Positions 13,893 through 25,830 of a stretch of 64,000 bases of DNA are shown one piece after another. The stretch is from assembly GCA_035221665.1 (NCBI GenBank), contig CM069134.1, forward strand, positions 80,600,001-80,664,000, read 5' to 3'. The notes below the pieces were generated by a model that made no database searches, had not been told where the DNA came from, and saw nothing but the letters and a program-made list of their open reading frames with translations. The position numbers were made by a program, and so were the translations under genes. Each line of letters opens with the position of its first letter. Positions within the stretch are counted from its first letter, which is position 1. The stretch comes from Okamejei kenojei. Taxonomy: Eukaryota.

Positions 13893-15692
13893 ATGAAAGG
13901 AGCAGTCGTGGTATTGTTTGCTTTGTATGTAATTGTTGTAAAAGGTATTAATAATTGTGATAAATGTTATCATCCTATTCAATACAGAGGGTAATAACCA
14001 GATGATTTACCTATCATCCCATGTGAACAAAGTATGCCATGACCGAAAGACTAGAACCATTTGTAAGAGGGGGAAAGGAGTATTTTGAGACAGGCAATAG
14101 GGTATATAGGGAGGTTTGGGGGCCGTTACCTGCCCAAGGGGAGAGAGATGGGTTTGTGTACAGTTAGTTTTCCCTGTCTCAGATCGTAAAATGGGCAATA
14201 GATAAGACGAAGGAGGAAGTAATAAAAGGGTTAACTAAGGTAGTAGTCACTAAGCCTCCCCCTCCCCCACATACTCAGCCTCAAGTGCACCAGACACTGT
14301 ACGAAGAAATAAAGAAGCAGATCGAAATCCTGAAGGAGAAAAAAACCTGTTTGTGGACTTGGCCACCCGATAGCTGGGACCCTGAATGTGACTAACTGTT
14401 GGATCTGCGGAGGACCACTGATGAATTCACGTTGGCCGTGGAGGGGAATCCATTGTTGAAATATGGGACCTGATGGGTGGAACCTGACAGTTGGACAAGA
14501 CCGAGATCCCCAGGTATGGGTCCTGACAGACGCTCCGGTCGGGACTGAGTGTATCGCTAGCCCTGGGCAAAGGATGCCGTCCTAGTAGGCAGCAAGCCCC
14601 TGCCAGCGGCATCGTCACCCAGTGGCTAAATCAGTCCCGAGTGTGGTGGCCAGAGGAGATAAAAGGTATCTAACTAAGAAATATGGGAAAAACTGCGCTA
14701 TCCAGATGGAGATCAATGGAGTGGAATCAGCCGGACTATGGAACTGCACCGGAATAACCCTTACCAGGGGATCCCAGTATTGCGAGATATATGGAACAAG
14801 GTTGCCTCTAGTGGACCGGCCCCTGAAGGACTGTTATGGATATGCGGATCCAAGGCATACTCGGTGTTACCGATGAATTGGAGTGGGACTTGTTTTATTG
14901 GACTGGTACAACCTGGATTCTTCCTGTTAAACACCAAAGAAGGCCGGTCGTTAGGAACACCTGTATTTGATGACCTATATCGGAAAAAGAGGAAAATAGA
15001 CATTGGAGAATGGGAAGATGATGAATGGCCACCAGCAAGAATCATCTCATACTACGGACCAGCCACTTGGGCACAGGATGGATCCTGGGGCTACCGAACA
15101 CCAGTATACATGTTAAACCGGATCATAAGGCTACAGGCAGTACTGGAGGTAATTACCAAACCAAACTGCGGGGGGCGCTGGAAATGCTGGCAAAGCAGCA
15201 GACGCAGATGAGAGCAGCGATATAACCAGAACAGGTTAGCCCTAGATTATCTCCTGCAGAAGAAGGAGGGGTATGCGGGAAATTCAACCTCTCTAATTGC
15301 TGTTTGAACAGCGATGATAATGGACAGGCAGTGATGGACATATCAGAAGGGATCCGGAAGTTGGCGCATGTTCCAATACAAAAGTGGAATTCGATTATGG
15401 GAACCCAATGGTGGGATTCCATCCTCGGAGGAACATGGTGGAGAAACGGTGGGACTTGTGTTTCTATGTGCAGTGGCTGGACTGATCTTTATCCCCTGTT
15501 GTATCCCTTGTTTTAGGGAACTTATTACCAGAAGTATGTCAGATGCAGGCTGTAGTCATGCCTATGGGAGAGAAAGGGGAAATACAGAAAATAATGATAA
15601 TGCAGCCAGGGGAAGTTTATGCTTTACAGGAGGAGAAGGTTAGGACGATGTTACGTCAGTTCGAGTTGAAGGAACTTAAAATGAGGGTTTAA
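13893..15692 (+). pseudogene. env: ERV env, ERV3/HERV-I-like gamma-type envelope (frameshifted in this consensus)
   Basis: Signal peptide MKGAVVVLFALYVIVVKG, NVTNCWICGG (CxxC), furin site RKKR, WPPARIISYYGPATWAQDGSWGYRTPVYMLNRIIRLQAVLE, ISD-like QNRLALDYL, CGKFNLSNCC and a hydrophobic TM anchor. Confidence 0.9.
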
Positions 15693-15726
15693 TCAGTGTA
15701 TGCGTAGCAAAAGAAAAAGGGAGGAT

Positions 15727-16375
15727 TGTGAGGGATAAAGTGATTAAACCCTATTAAAGAAAGGAGTTTTAAAGAGAATTCAAACAGAGAGGGGCTGGAG
15801 AGGAGGATTTTGACACAGCAGTGTCTGAAGGTTGCCAGACCCATCCTTGAGTCCTTGAGTAAGAAGTGATAGCATTGTATAGCTGTAGAAGGGAGTGATG
15901 TAGAGAGATCCCTATCAGTGGAAGGGAGTGATAGATGGGACCCTTGTCACTATAGCTTAGCTTTAGTATTGATATAGGAAAACTGAGAGGGTTCACTAGG
16001 AGGTGAGTAAAACTGGGCCAGGTCATGAGCGATTGAGCATGCTTAATAGAAAAAATGAATATTACAACACACCCCTGGTCAAGAAATTGCTCATTACCAT
16101 GAACATGTTTGAACATACAATGTATGATATGGGAGGTGCGAGGGGATGTACGGTGGGATGCACCTACAGATTGTGCACCTCCGACCCTGATTGGAGAAGG
16201 GTCCGGAGGGGGAGGTTGAATGTAAGATTCTGTGTATAAAGGGGAATGATCTCTCTGGCTTCGGTGTGTCTCGAGTTGGAGAGGCACCTGTCTGCAGACT
16301 CGTAAAATAAAGAATCTCTTGCTTCCAAGATTTAGTCTTTGAGTATTAATTGTGAGCATAAAGGGTATCTCATCA
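15727..16375 (+). repeat. ERV 3' LTR
   Basis: Starts TGTGAGGGATAAAG after the polypurine tract (~15709-15726). TATAAA 16235-16240, AATAAA 16306-16311. Confidence 0.95.
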
Positions 16376-16378
16376 TAG

Positions 16379-18940
16379 GATTTGTCTGTGGGATTTGGTT
16401 CGACAAATTCGCCGGGCAGCTTCAGAGTTGTGCCCTAATTCATTTCTGCCAACAAACATCTTAGGTCTGCTTTCACTGCTGTACGAATGCCAAGCAGACC
16501 CAGGGCAACCCTTCACTCCAGTTGGACGCTTCTCCTCCGGCTGCCAGAGTGGCTTTCAACTGGCAATGGAGCCGTTCAATTAGGCCGTTCGCTTGTGGAT
16601 TATACGCAGTCGTTCGAATTCGGTTCGCACCTAAGAAGTCAGTTAGAGGTCGGAACAGCGCAGACTCGAATTGCGGTCCTTGGTCTGTTGTGTTCGTACT
16701 TGGTACCCCAGAGTCCGAAATCCATCGGTCAACAAAAGCGCGGGCTATTGCTTCCACTGAAATGTTTATGACTGGGATAGCATCTTGCCATCTTGTGATT
16801 GTCTACTCACTTGTCTTCACAAGTGAGCAGATGTGTGTGGTTTCTTGATGGTGGGAGTGGGCCGACCGAGGTGCACGTACTCAAAACATGTGTTCGGTGC
16901 AGGAAACTCACAGAAAGGGGTCCTAGTTCTGAAGTGCCTGGAGTTCTTGGATTGTTGACATGGTAGACAAGTCATCGCCCATAATCCAACGTCACGCTTG
17001 ATGAAAGGCCAGATGGCGCATTCAGAGATTAGTTTTATCGTAGCCTTATTGCCCAGATGTGATAGGTTATGTAGCGCGCTGAAAATGTCTCGACACATCG
17101 TCCTTGGCACAAATGGCTATGGTTTGCCAGTGGAAGTGTCACATATGATAGTTTCTCTTGTGTCACCGATAGGTACATCTTCCAATTTTAGGGCTGTATG
17201 CGTCGGGTGGTAATGGATAAGATTGGGATCAGTATGCTACGTGCGAGCCATGGCATATAAATCGATGAGTGTGGCTGCGTTCAGATCATCCACCTCCAGT
17301 CTTGATAGGGTGTCGATAATCGGATTTGCTTTTCCTTGAATATGCCTGATGTCACTGGAGAAATGCAGAACAAGGTCCAAGTGTTGGATTTCCTGCGGTG
17401 AATATAATTCCCCACACTTGTACGAGTAGTGTATGTGAGCGGTTGGTGATCCGTATAAATGGTGACGGGACGGCCTTCCACAGATGGCAGAAATGCTTGA
17501 CGGTGAGGTACATGGCCAAAAGTTCTCACCCGAACGTACTATAAACATCATCTGAGTGGGTGATAATTTTGCCGAAAGAATGCCAGGCTCCGTCCTGTCA
17601 TTGACTCGCTGCTCCACGTCGGCTCCCATGGCATTGATGGAGGCATCAGTGGTGAGTGAAAATAAGGCATTGGGCCTCTGATGGACCAGCATAGTTGCGT
17701 CGGCAAGAGTCCTCCTAGCAGCGTTGAAGGCTTGCACTGCATCCTCGGGTAAATACAACGGTTTATTTGAAGACAATTTGTCTGAACCTTTGAGTAAGTT
17801 GGTCAAGGGTAATAGGGAACCTGCGGCGTTCGGTAGAAAGCAGCGGTAGAAATTCATCATCCCCAAAAATTGCTGTAATTGGTTTAACGAATTTGGCACT
17901 GAGTAGTTTTGGATTTCCTGCACCTTTGATTCGCTAGGCAGGTTGCCATTCTCTGTCACGTGATGCCCGAGGAAAGTGAGTTTGCGAGCGCCAAACACGC
18001 TTTTGTTCGTGCTAATGACAATACCATATTCGGCGAGATGCCGGAACAGTAAACCGAGGTGTTTCTTGTGTTCGTCTTCGCTGGAGCTCGCTACCAACAC
18101 GCCATCGATGTATGCGTAGATGAAATCGAGGCCGGAGAGTACTGGTCCATGAAACACTGGATCGATTGTACAGTTTTTTGTAAACTAAACAGCATCTATA
18201 GAAATTCAAACGTTCCGAACGACCACGGCTGTCTTGGGAATATTGGCAGGCTCGACCAGAATTTGATAATACGTGCGCACAAGATCGATGCTTGCAAACA
18301 CCTGCTTATCCTGTAGGCTTGCAGATAAATCCTGCAAATGTGGGATGCTGGATTGATCTGGAATAGTGGCATTGTTTAGTGAATGGTAATCGCCGCAGGG
18401 TTGCCAATCTCCGGGAGACTTCTTCAGGACCATGTGAAGAGGTGATGCCCAACAGCTCTTAGATCTGCGGATGATCCCGAGCTCCAACAAATGGTCAAAT
18501 TCAGCCTTTGCAACTTTGAGGCGATCTGTAGGTAACCAGTGCATTCTTGCCGAAACGGGAGGGCCACGGGTCTGAATATGATGTGCGACAGAGTGTTTGA
18601 TATCATTGTGCCGGTCAGACGGAGTTATTAGTTATTAGTTGTGGAAATAAGTCTGTCATCATTGCCAGATGGCAGATGCAGTTCACCTGTGCAGTAATCA
18701 CTTAAGCGGTGATTTTTTAAATCCACCTGCAAAGAAAAGTGTGAAAAAAATCCGCTCCGATAATCGGTTTTGACACGTCGGCGACTATAGTTTTCTGCAG
18801 TCCAGCGTGACTGATTTCTGACCAAATGTCTGTATGCTTGAATTGTTTCCATCGGGGTTAGGGTGAAAACGCTCTTGGGACCTGGGAGGAATGAATGATA
18901 CTCAGCGACCGAGACAATGAGATAGTGCATACCCGAAAGT
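16379..18940 (-). mobile_element. Gypsy/Ty3 LTR retrotransposon pol (decayed protease, RT, RNase H, integrase N-part)
   Basis: WASPLHMVLKK..DWQPCGDY, YAYIDGVLVAS (degenerate YxDD), LTTDAS, HNLSH..C..C, DQGPQFES and TTAYNPQANGLIERLH. Confidence 0.9.
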
Positions 18941-20009
18941 CACTGAGAAAAAAGTGGTGGTTAGTTTGGGCCACGGGTTACTACATAAAGTAATTTGTCT
19001 TCTAAAGTATTTAAAAAAAATATAGCTCAAAGAAATTTTCTTACCTCTATTTGTTGAAATACAACTGCATAGCCACTCTCCTCCTGTTGTACCAAGCTGT
19101 TTTAAATGTTCTATTTTTTTTTTTTTCCTTTGTGCTTTGAAGTTGTTTAAGATCCAACGTTGAACTGCCATTTTTTATTATTTTGTCTTTTTCTCATAAG
19201 ATTGCTTGGAGAAACGCTTAAGATAATCACTATCCAGCTTTGAAAACCCCACCAGAAACTTGCGCTGCACATGCACGCAAGTCCCGGTCGTAAAAGGCAG
19301 AATAATAGTTCAGCTGCCCTTCATAGACCTGTTGACACTGATGGCTATGAAGCAGCGTCGATGCACGCATGTTTCGTGAGTAAGCCGCGCACATCGACCC
19401 TGGGACTTCACATAAGTTTTTTTAAATGTATCTGGCGGATGAAGTGCACGAAAAGCACGTAGACGAGAAATTATGCCAACCTAAAGAGAGAATTGGTCCT
19501 CATTCGGTAATGCATAATTCTCGCCATGCCTTACAATTATATTTTAGTAATAATTACCATTTTATTAATTTTTATTCAACGGTCCGTGTCATTATTTCGA
19601 GCAGATGGCAGATAGGCAATTTACTAGTTTGGTTGGGTACGCGCGAAGGCCTCTGGTGCTGTTTGAGGGTGTTATTCAGGAAACGCAGCTATTCCATACA
19701 ATAAGTAACAATCAATGATTGTTGGGGTGTTATTGAAGGTATTCCAAGTACACATTAGCGCAATAAGTTGCAGATGATTGAGAAGAGACGGGGGGTGAGG
19801 GCGCTCGCAGTGGTTAGTTGAACGGTGGGAGTGTCTGAGGAGGATGCCCCAGCAAGAGAGAGATCAGGGTGGGAACTTGGACAGGTTGGGGGAGAGTGGG
19901 CAGAACGCATGGCAGGTCATATGAAGTTTTAACCTGGGCGACGATATAGTTGAGGTTATTCCACACTTGGTGATCCCCCGCAAAGAAGCAGGAAGGCAGA
20001 TTACTATCT

Positions 20010-20940
20010 AATTGGGCCATTGGGGAATATGGGGGATATTAGAGTACAACAGGATCTTGGGTCCTTTGATACAACATCGAATCTATGAAAGTTTAAGCAT
20101 GGCAGAGCATTGCAGGTACAGCAGTGCAGTGAAGAAATTAAAGTTGGTAAGAAGAAATATTTTTTGGTTTTTTTATTAACAAGAGGAATCTTATAATCAA
20201 ATATAAAAAGCGAAAGAGGTCCATCTGGCCGTTAGTTACAGAGCCCAGTAGTTCTTGTGAGACCGACACTGGAGTATTATTGTTGTGCAGATTAGGTCCC
20301 CTAATTTGAGGAAGGTTACATTCTTGTCTATTTTGATGTGATGTGCACGCGTATTAGGTTTTACAATGGGTAATTCCTGGGATTGCGGGACTGTTCTATG
20401 CTTTTAGAGATATCATCAGTGAAATGGAGCAGCTGGTGTTGTACACTCTGGAGATTTAGAGGAATGATAGGGGATCTCATTGCAAACATATGATTACTTG
20501 TAAAGGGTTTTGACATCGCAAGAGGCAGGAATCATGTTCCCCTGAGTGTTGGGGAGTGTCCAGAAACCAAAGGGGTGGTCTCGAGATTAAGAATAATTGG
20601 AGTAAAGATGTAGAACGGAGAACGAGAGGAAATCAGTTATTCTCTCAATAGGCGAGCGTTGTGAGTCTTGTGGAAATTCCCTCTTGCCTCTCAGAGGGCG
20701 GTGGAGGCGGGGATTTCCGCTGGATGCTTTTCAAGGGAAGAGCTAAGAATAGCGTTCTTAAAAATAGCCGAGATCGATGGAGATATGGGCAGGTAAGGCA
20801 AGGAACGTGGGTAGACTGGGGGTAACTAAGGGGATGATCAGCACATGATCACATCGAATGGCGCTGTTTGGCAGCATGTCTGCTCGAAAGGCCGTTAATG
20901 GCCTACGTCCTGCTCACTATGTCTAATTTCCTATATGTAG
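20010..20940 (+). mobile_element. CR1 LINE 3' part, indel-rich copy
   Basis: Colinear with 51570-52300 but with many small insertions. Confidence 0.7.
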
Positions 20941-23269
20941 GGCACTGCCCTACCTTTGCATACCCTGAAGGCACGTTTCCTGGAAGGCATGCAAGTGGGA
21001 GACACTTCCCCTGCTTTCCAGACATTCGTGCCTACAGGCGGCAATCTTTTTTGATTTTACCGCGTGCAGCCTGCACCATCTCTGCAGGGCATTTGTATGA
21101 TGGCCTCCAGCTACGTCCACCGAGGATTATCATCTTCCTAGCACGCTGCCGAAATGCACTGTGGGGGCCTCATGCGTTTGGTAGGTGTTGCGTCCGCATC
21201 CAAGAAAGTAAGTGTTGTGTTATCGGGAAGTTCTTATAAGCGTGAGGGGGGTAGTAGATCTGTTAATTGTGGTATAGTGCGGGGGTATGTTGGGGGGTGA
21301 CAAAACCCAATGTACTACAAATAAACGGAATAACATTAAATGCCTACCAACAGATATTACTGCGTATATAAAAACAATCAAAACACACAACAAAGAGTAT
21401 GGCAAAGACGTGAACTGCGATATGTATGGCAAATCATCTGTCACTGGCGATCACCGATGTCAGATATGCAGAGTTCTCTTATTTAGAGGTTGTCGCGTCA
21501 TCGAGTCAGTATAGTCCTCACATGTGATACTACGCTATGGAAGACGAGCCGCACGTTGGTCTTCGTGTGGGTGACTTCCTGAAAACCATATTCCAATGGA
21601 AATTGATGATGAAAAGCACAACGCACTAGTGTGACCGTGGCTCGAGAACGTGACAACTTTCTGATGAGGCTCTGCTGTCTTAGGTAGCTGTTTCCTCACT
21701 TCAAAACAAACGATGCCCTTTGCGCGCTGGTGCTTTAGTTCTAATCTTTCTATAGAAAATATATGTCGTTGGGCCACCACTAAATTGCTTCTTATCACAC
21801 GCTGCGGATAGTCCAATCTAGAACACTCGAGCGCCTGGATTTGGTTTCTAGTTGTAACAACAAGGAGCAGATGCTGGGACTTCTACACACCGCGTCGAAT
21901 AAAACTCAAATCGAGACTCACGACTACGAATTGTTACGGTCCATGGCATCTCCGGAGATGGACAAGTGGATGAGTGATATCATGGAGACCCCTGTCACTT
22001 AGTGAACACTGGTGGGCACGCACTTTCTCAATATCTAAAGTCATACGATTGACTTGTTTTGTTGGACGCGCTAGTCCTAGAGAGCGAGAGAGAAGAGTTT
22101 CATGTCACGGCCACGTTGCGATGTCAAGAGATGCTAGAAATGGGGAATTGAATAATCTTCCACAAAACTCGCAGAACACGGGTCCCCATACAAACTACGC
22201 ACAGGCTACTATTTAATGTCTGTCAACTTTCAGTAGAGCACTTATGTTCGTAAAATAATGTTGCGTAATTCCAGAACGCTTTTGATCTCTCAAACATTAA
22301 TCTAATCACTACTCTATCCATTGCTCCTGATAGGAAGCTTTACAATCGTCCGAGTCAGATCTAGCCTCTAATTTCCAGAGTCATGCGCTGCTATAGCAGT
22401 ACTATCTTGAGTTATTATTGAATATTTTGTAGAGTAAAGTGAATTGGAGGGTTTCCTCATTGAAGACATGGCATAGTAGATGTAAGAATTAAACAGGCGC
22501 GAGGCAACAATATTTTTAATTGAGAGATTCAGGGCGTCTACGCGAGGTTATTGAGCTCTAAAAAGCAGAGGAGGGCGGACCTGACCTTCTCGCGAGCTGC
22601 TGCGAGGCTGCTACGAGGTCGCCAGTGGTGACAGTGTATGCTGAAGTCCGAGGGCGTGAATGTGCCACAGATGGTCCTGTATAACAAGACAAGTACAAAT
22701 TATTGGGATAGCCTGAATTTTGACTACATAATGTTGTGGTGCACAGCAACAGATTCTACAACAGTTTTGCACGTGACCTGCAAGTGTGGAATGAAACTGA
22801 TAATATGTATCTCAACAAACATCTAGACAAGAAATCATTAGCAGCAATTGTTACAGATAGAAAATGTGCCTTTTTCATGTCAGACACCAAATGTGAATGT
22901 GAAGACTAGCTAAGCAGCTAAACCAATCCTGCTTTAATTTAATTAGAACAATATCTCACGAAGCAATTGAAAGATGCCGAAGAAACCTTGCAGTGATTTT
23001 CGGTGGCGAAAATGATTAACCTCCTCATGCATCAACACTTGTATGATTAGGGCAGCAGTCCTAGAGGGGTTTCCCTTCGATGCCTAATTCAGTCATTACC
23101 AGAGTTCCTATGTGGATTAAACAGTCCACATGGTCACCTGAGAACAAGAACAATCACTCCACCTAACCTCTGGACTTCAACACCTTGTACATGTTGTATG
23201 GACCTAAGCTGCAGGTCCAGGGCCAGTGGTCCTCGATAGAGAATCAAATCTGAAAATATGCAAGCAAGT

Positions 23270-25830
23270 AAGAAACGACATAAGAATAGGTGTCAGGGGA
23301 GCAGGAATTCGGCCCTTTTACTGCACACCATTCAATATGATCATGCTGATCATCCAACTCAGTCTTCCTGAACCTGCCTATCACTCACCCATACCCCTGA
23401 AACCCTATCAGCACACAAGGGCCACCATCCAACTCCCTCTTAATAACCTTGGCACGCTGGCTCTCAACTCTTCGTGGCAGAGATTCCACAGATTCACACT
23501 CCTGTGTGGAAAAAACGACTCATCTTGGTCAATAGACTTCATCCCTATCTTAAACAGTGACCTTGTCCTCTGATTACCCCGCCAACATCAGGAACAATCT
23601 TCCTGCATATAGCCTGTCCAAACCAAACCCTTAATGAATTTTATTGGAAGTCTCTCAGAGCTCCCCCCTCAATCTTCCTAATCCCAGCGAGTAACAATCC
23701 GAGTCTATCGGTCATCTTGCCATATGAAGTCTGCCATCCCAGGAATCAGTCTGGTAACCTTCTCCTGTTACTTCCCCTCCTGGCACGAATTGTCTTTCCC
23801 TCAGATTAGGCGACCAAAAGTAGACAGCAATATGTGCGCTCATCCAAGACCTGTCACTTGAGTATCGAACTCCTGCTCTTTCACCGTACTGAAAATCTTT
23901 TGCATAATGCCAACATACACTATTCACGCTTTCTCTTTACCTTCACAGCCTGAGTGGCCCCAGCATGCCTACTTTCAATGCAAAGTGTCATGACCCCCAG
24001 AACACTCGCTGTCATACTTTTTACTAATTGGGTCACCATTCATATAATAAGGTCTCATCCCTGTTTTTGCCACAATGTGGATAATACATTTAACCACATA
24101 TAAACAGCCTCTCTGTCTAGCATGCATTTGCCACTCACTCTCTGATCAAGTTCATCCTGGCCCATTCCTCGAACCCCGCTAAAACTGCCCCCCAGCTATT
24201 TGAGTCATATGACGCCGCAAACTTCGAGATGTTGCATTTACTTCCCGATCGTCAAATTCATAAGAATTGTAAATAGCTGTGGGTCCCAACACTGACTGAG
24301 CCTATTGCAGCACCGCCCAAAGTCACTGTCTGCCATGCCAATCCCTTCACTCCTCTCTTTGGCTTCCTGTATGCCATCCATTTCTCTATCCACATCAAAA
24401 TACTGATACACAACCCATTCGTGGTGCTTTTATTTGTATACCAATCTCTATGGTGTGGGACCATGACAAAAGCCTTCTAAAATCCTGAAAATCCCTGAAT
24501 ACATCATTAATATACACTTGCTCTCGTCCCTTACTCCACTTATCCATTATCTTAATCACCATTTTTTACATCTCAACCAACAATTCAATAAAGCTATTCG
24601 TAGACTGCTAACTGACCCATGCGGTAAAATCCCATGCTGAGCAGACTCTGGACCACTGATTTCCACCCTTTCCAAGCATGCCAGCATCACATCTTTAATA
24701 AGTTGACTCGCCGTTTTCCTCACTTAGCCGATTTTTGACAAATTAGTCTGTAATTCTACGTTTAACTTACTCACCTTTTTAAAAAGTGGTAATTAAGCTA
24801 CCCCCCATCCTCAGGGAACTACTCCAGAATCTAAAGAGTATAAAAATATATCAACTAACACTCAGCTATATCTGGGCTACTTCCTTAACCCTGGGCTGCA
24901 AGCTTTCTATCTAGGCCTGGGGATTTATCACCTTAAATCCATTCCAATATACACTAACACCGACTCTCCGGCAACCCTGGATTTTCACTTCGTCATCGGC
25001 CTCCCATCTCAATTTGACACCGCGATCCTGCCTGCTACCGTGCAAATTATGTTTTGTTCTTCCTTAGTTGACTACAGAACCAAAGTAGTTAATTCAATTG
25101 GTCCTTGGTCGGACTGCCCATGTCCATAGGATTCCATGAATCAATTCACCCGATTTCTGACTGCAAAGGGACCTAACATTAGTTTGAATAATCTTGATTG
25201 CGCATCACACATAATAAGGAACTTTATGCAGTCAACATTTTTATGTTACTCACTCAGTTTTTCTTTTTATACTGCACGTTTTCCTTATCCTAAATAAGCC
25301 TTTGTCATTTGATGGACTCTCTGTATACTTTTCTCCCCAGTCCCCAGTAGGCCTGCTATTATTTCATTTTACCTTCCTTCATCTTTTTCCCTTTGATCTA
25401 TCCCTGATTTCCCTCGAATACTTTATCCACGGATGCGCCACTCCTGATTTATTTCTTTGCCATACTGGTATGAACAATTGTTGGTAGTTCAATCCATTGT
25501 ATCCTTTAAATGTTCCATTGCATATTCAACCAACCGGTCCACGCCGTTCAAGCAAAAATCCATTGCTAGTCAACAATCCTGGCCAATTCAGTTCTCATTC
25601 CTTCAAAGTTACCATCTTAGGTTCTGGACCCGTGTTCCTGAATTACAAGAGTCACTCTCCATCCTAGTTATGAAAACCTCAACCAGATAATATGGTACGG
25701 ACTTGCCCTGGCCACGTAACAACCAAGGCTGGCTAACTAAGCCTTCCTCCATTACTCAAATATCCAGTCTATAAGATAGCCTTGCTTCGCGGGTCGTGGT
25801 TCCCTCCACCATCTATGGTTAGAAACTCAC
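23270..25830 (-). mobile_element. CR1 LINE, indel-rich copy
   Basis: Reverse-complement similarity to 50445-52300 (for example GCAAACTTCGAGATGTTGCATTTA). Confidence 0.7.

Larger units (their letters stand above)
7885..16375 (+). mobile_element. Endogenous retrovirus provirus, class I / gamma-like (LTR-gag-pro-pol-env-LTR)
   Basis: Two ~645-bp LTRs, tRNA-Pro PBS, PPT, gag/pol/env motifs, and TSD ATAG at 7881-7884 and 16375-16378. Confidence 0.95.

Noticed and set aside
19300-21300. Expected gag and 5' LTR of the Gypsy element
   Set aside because: Only a faint LP..F...VW gag-like hint near 19950-20000. No match to the 7261-7444 LTR could be found by eye.
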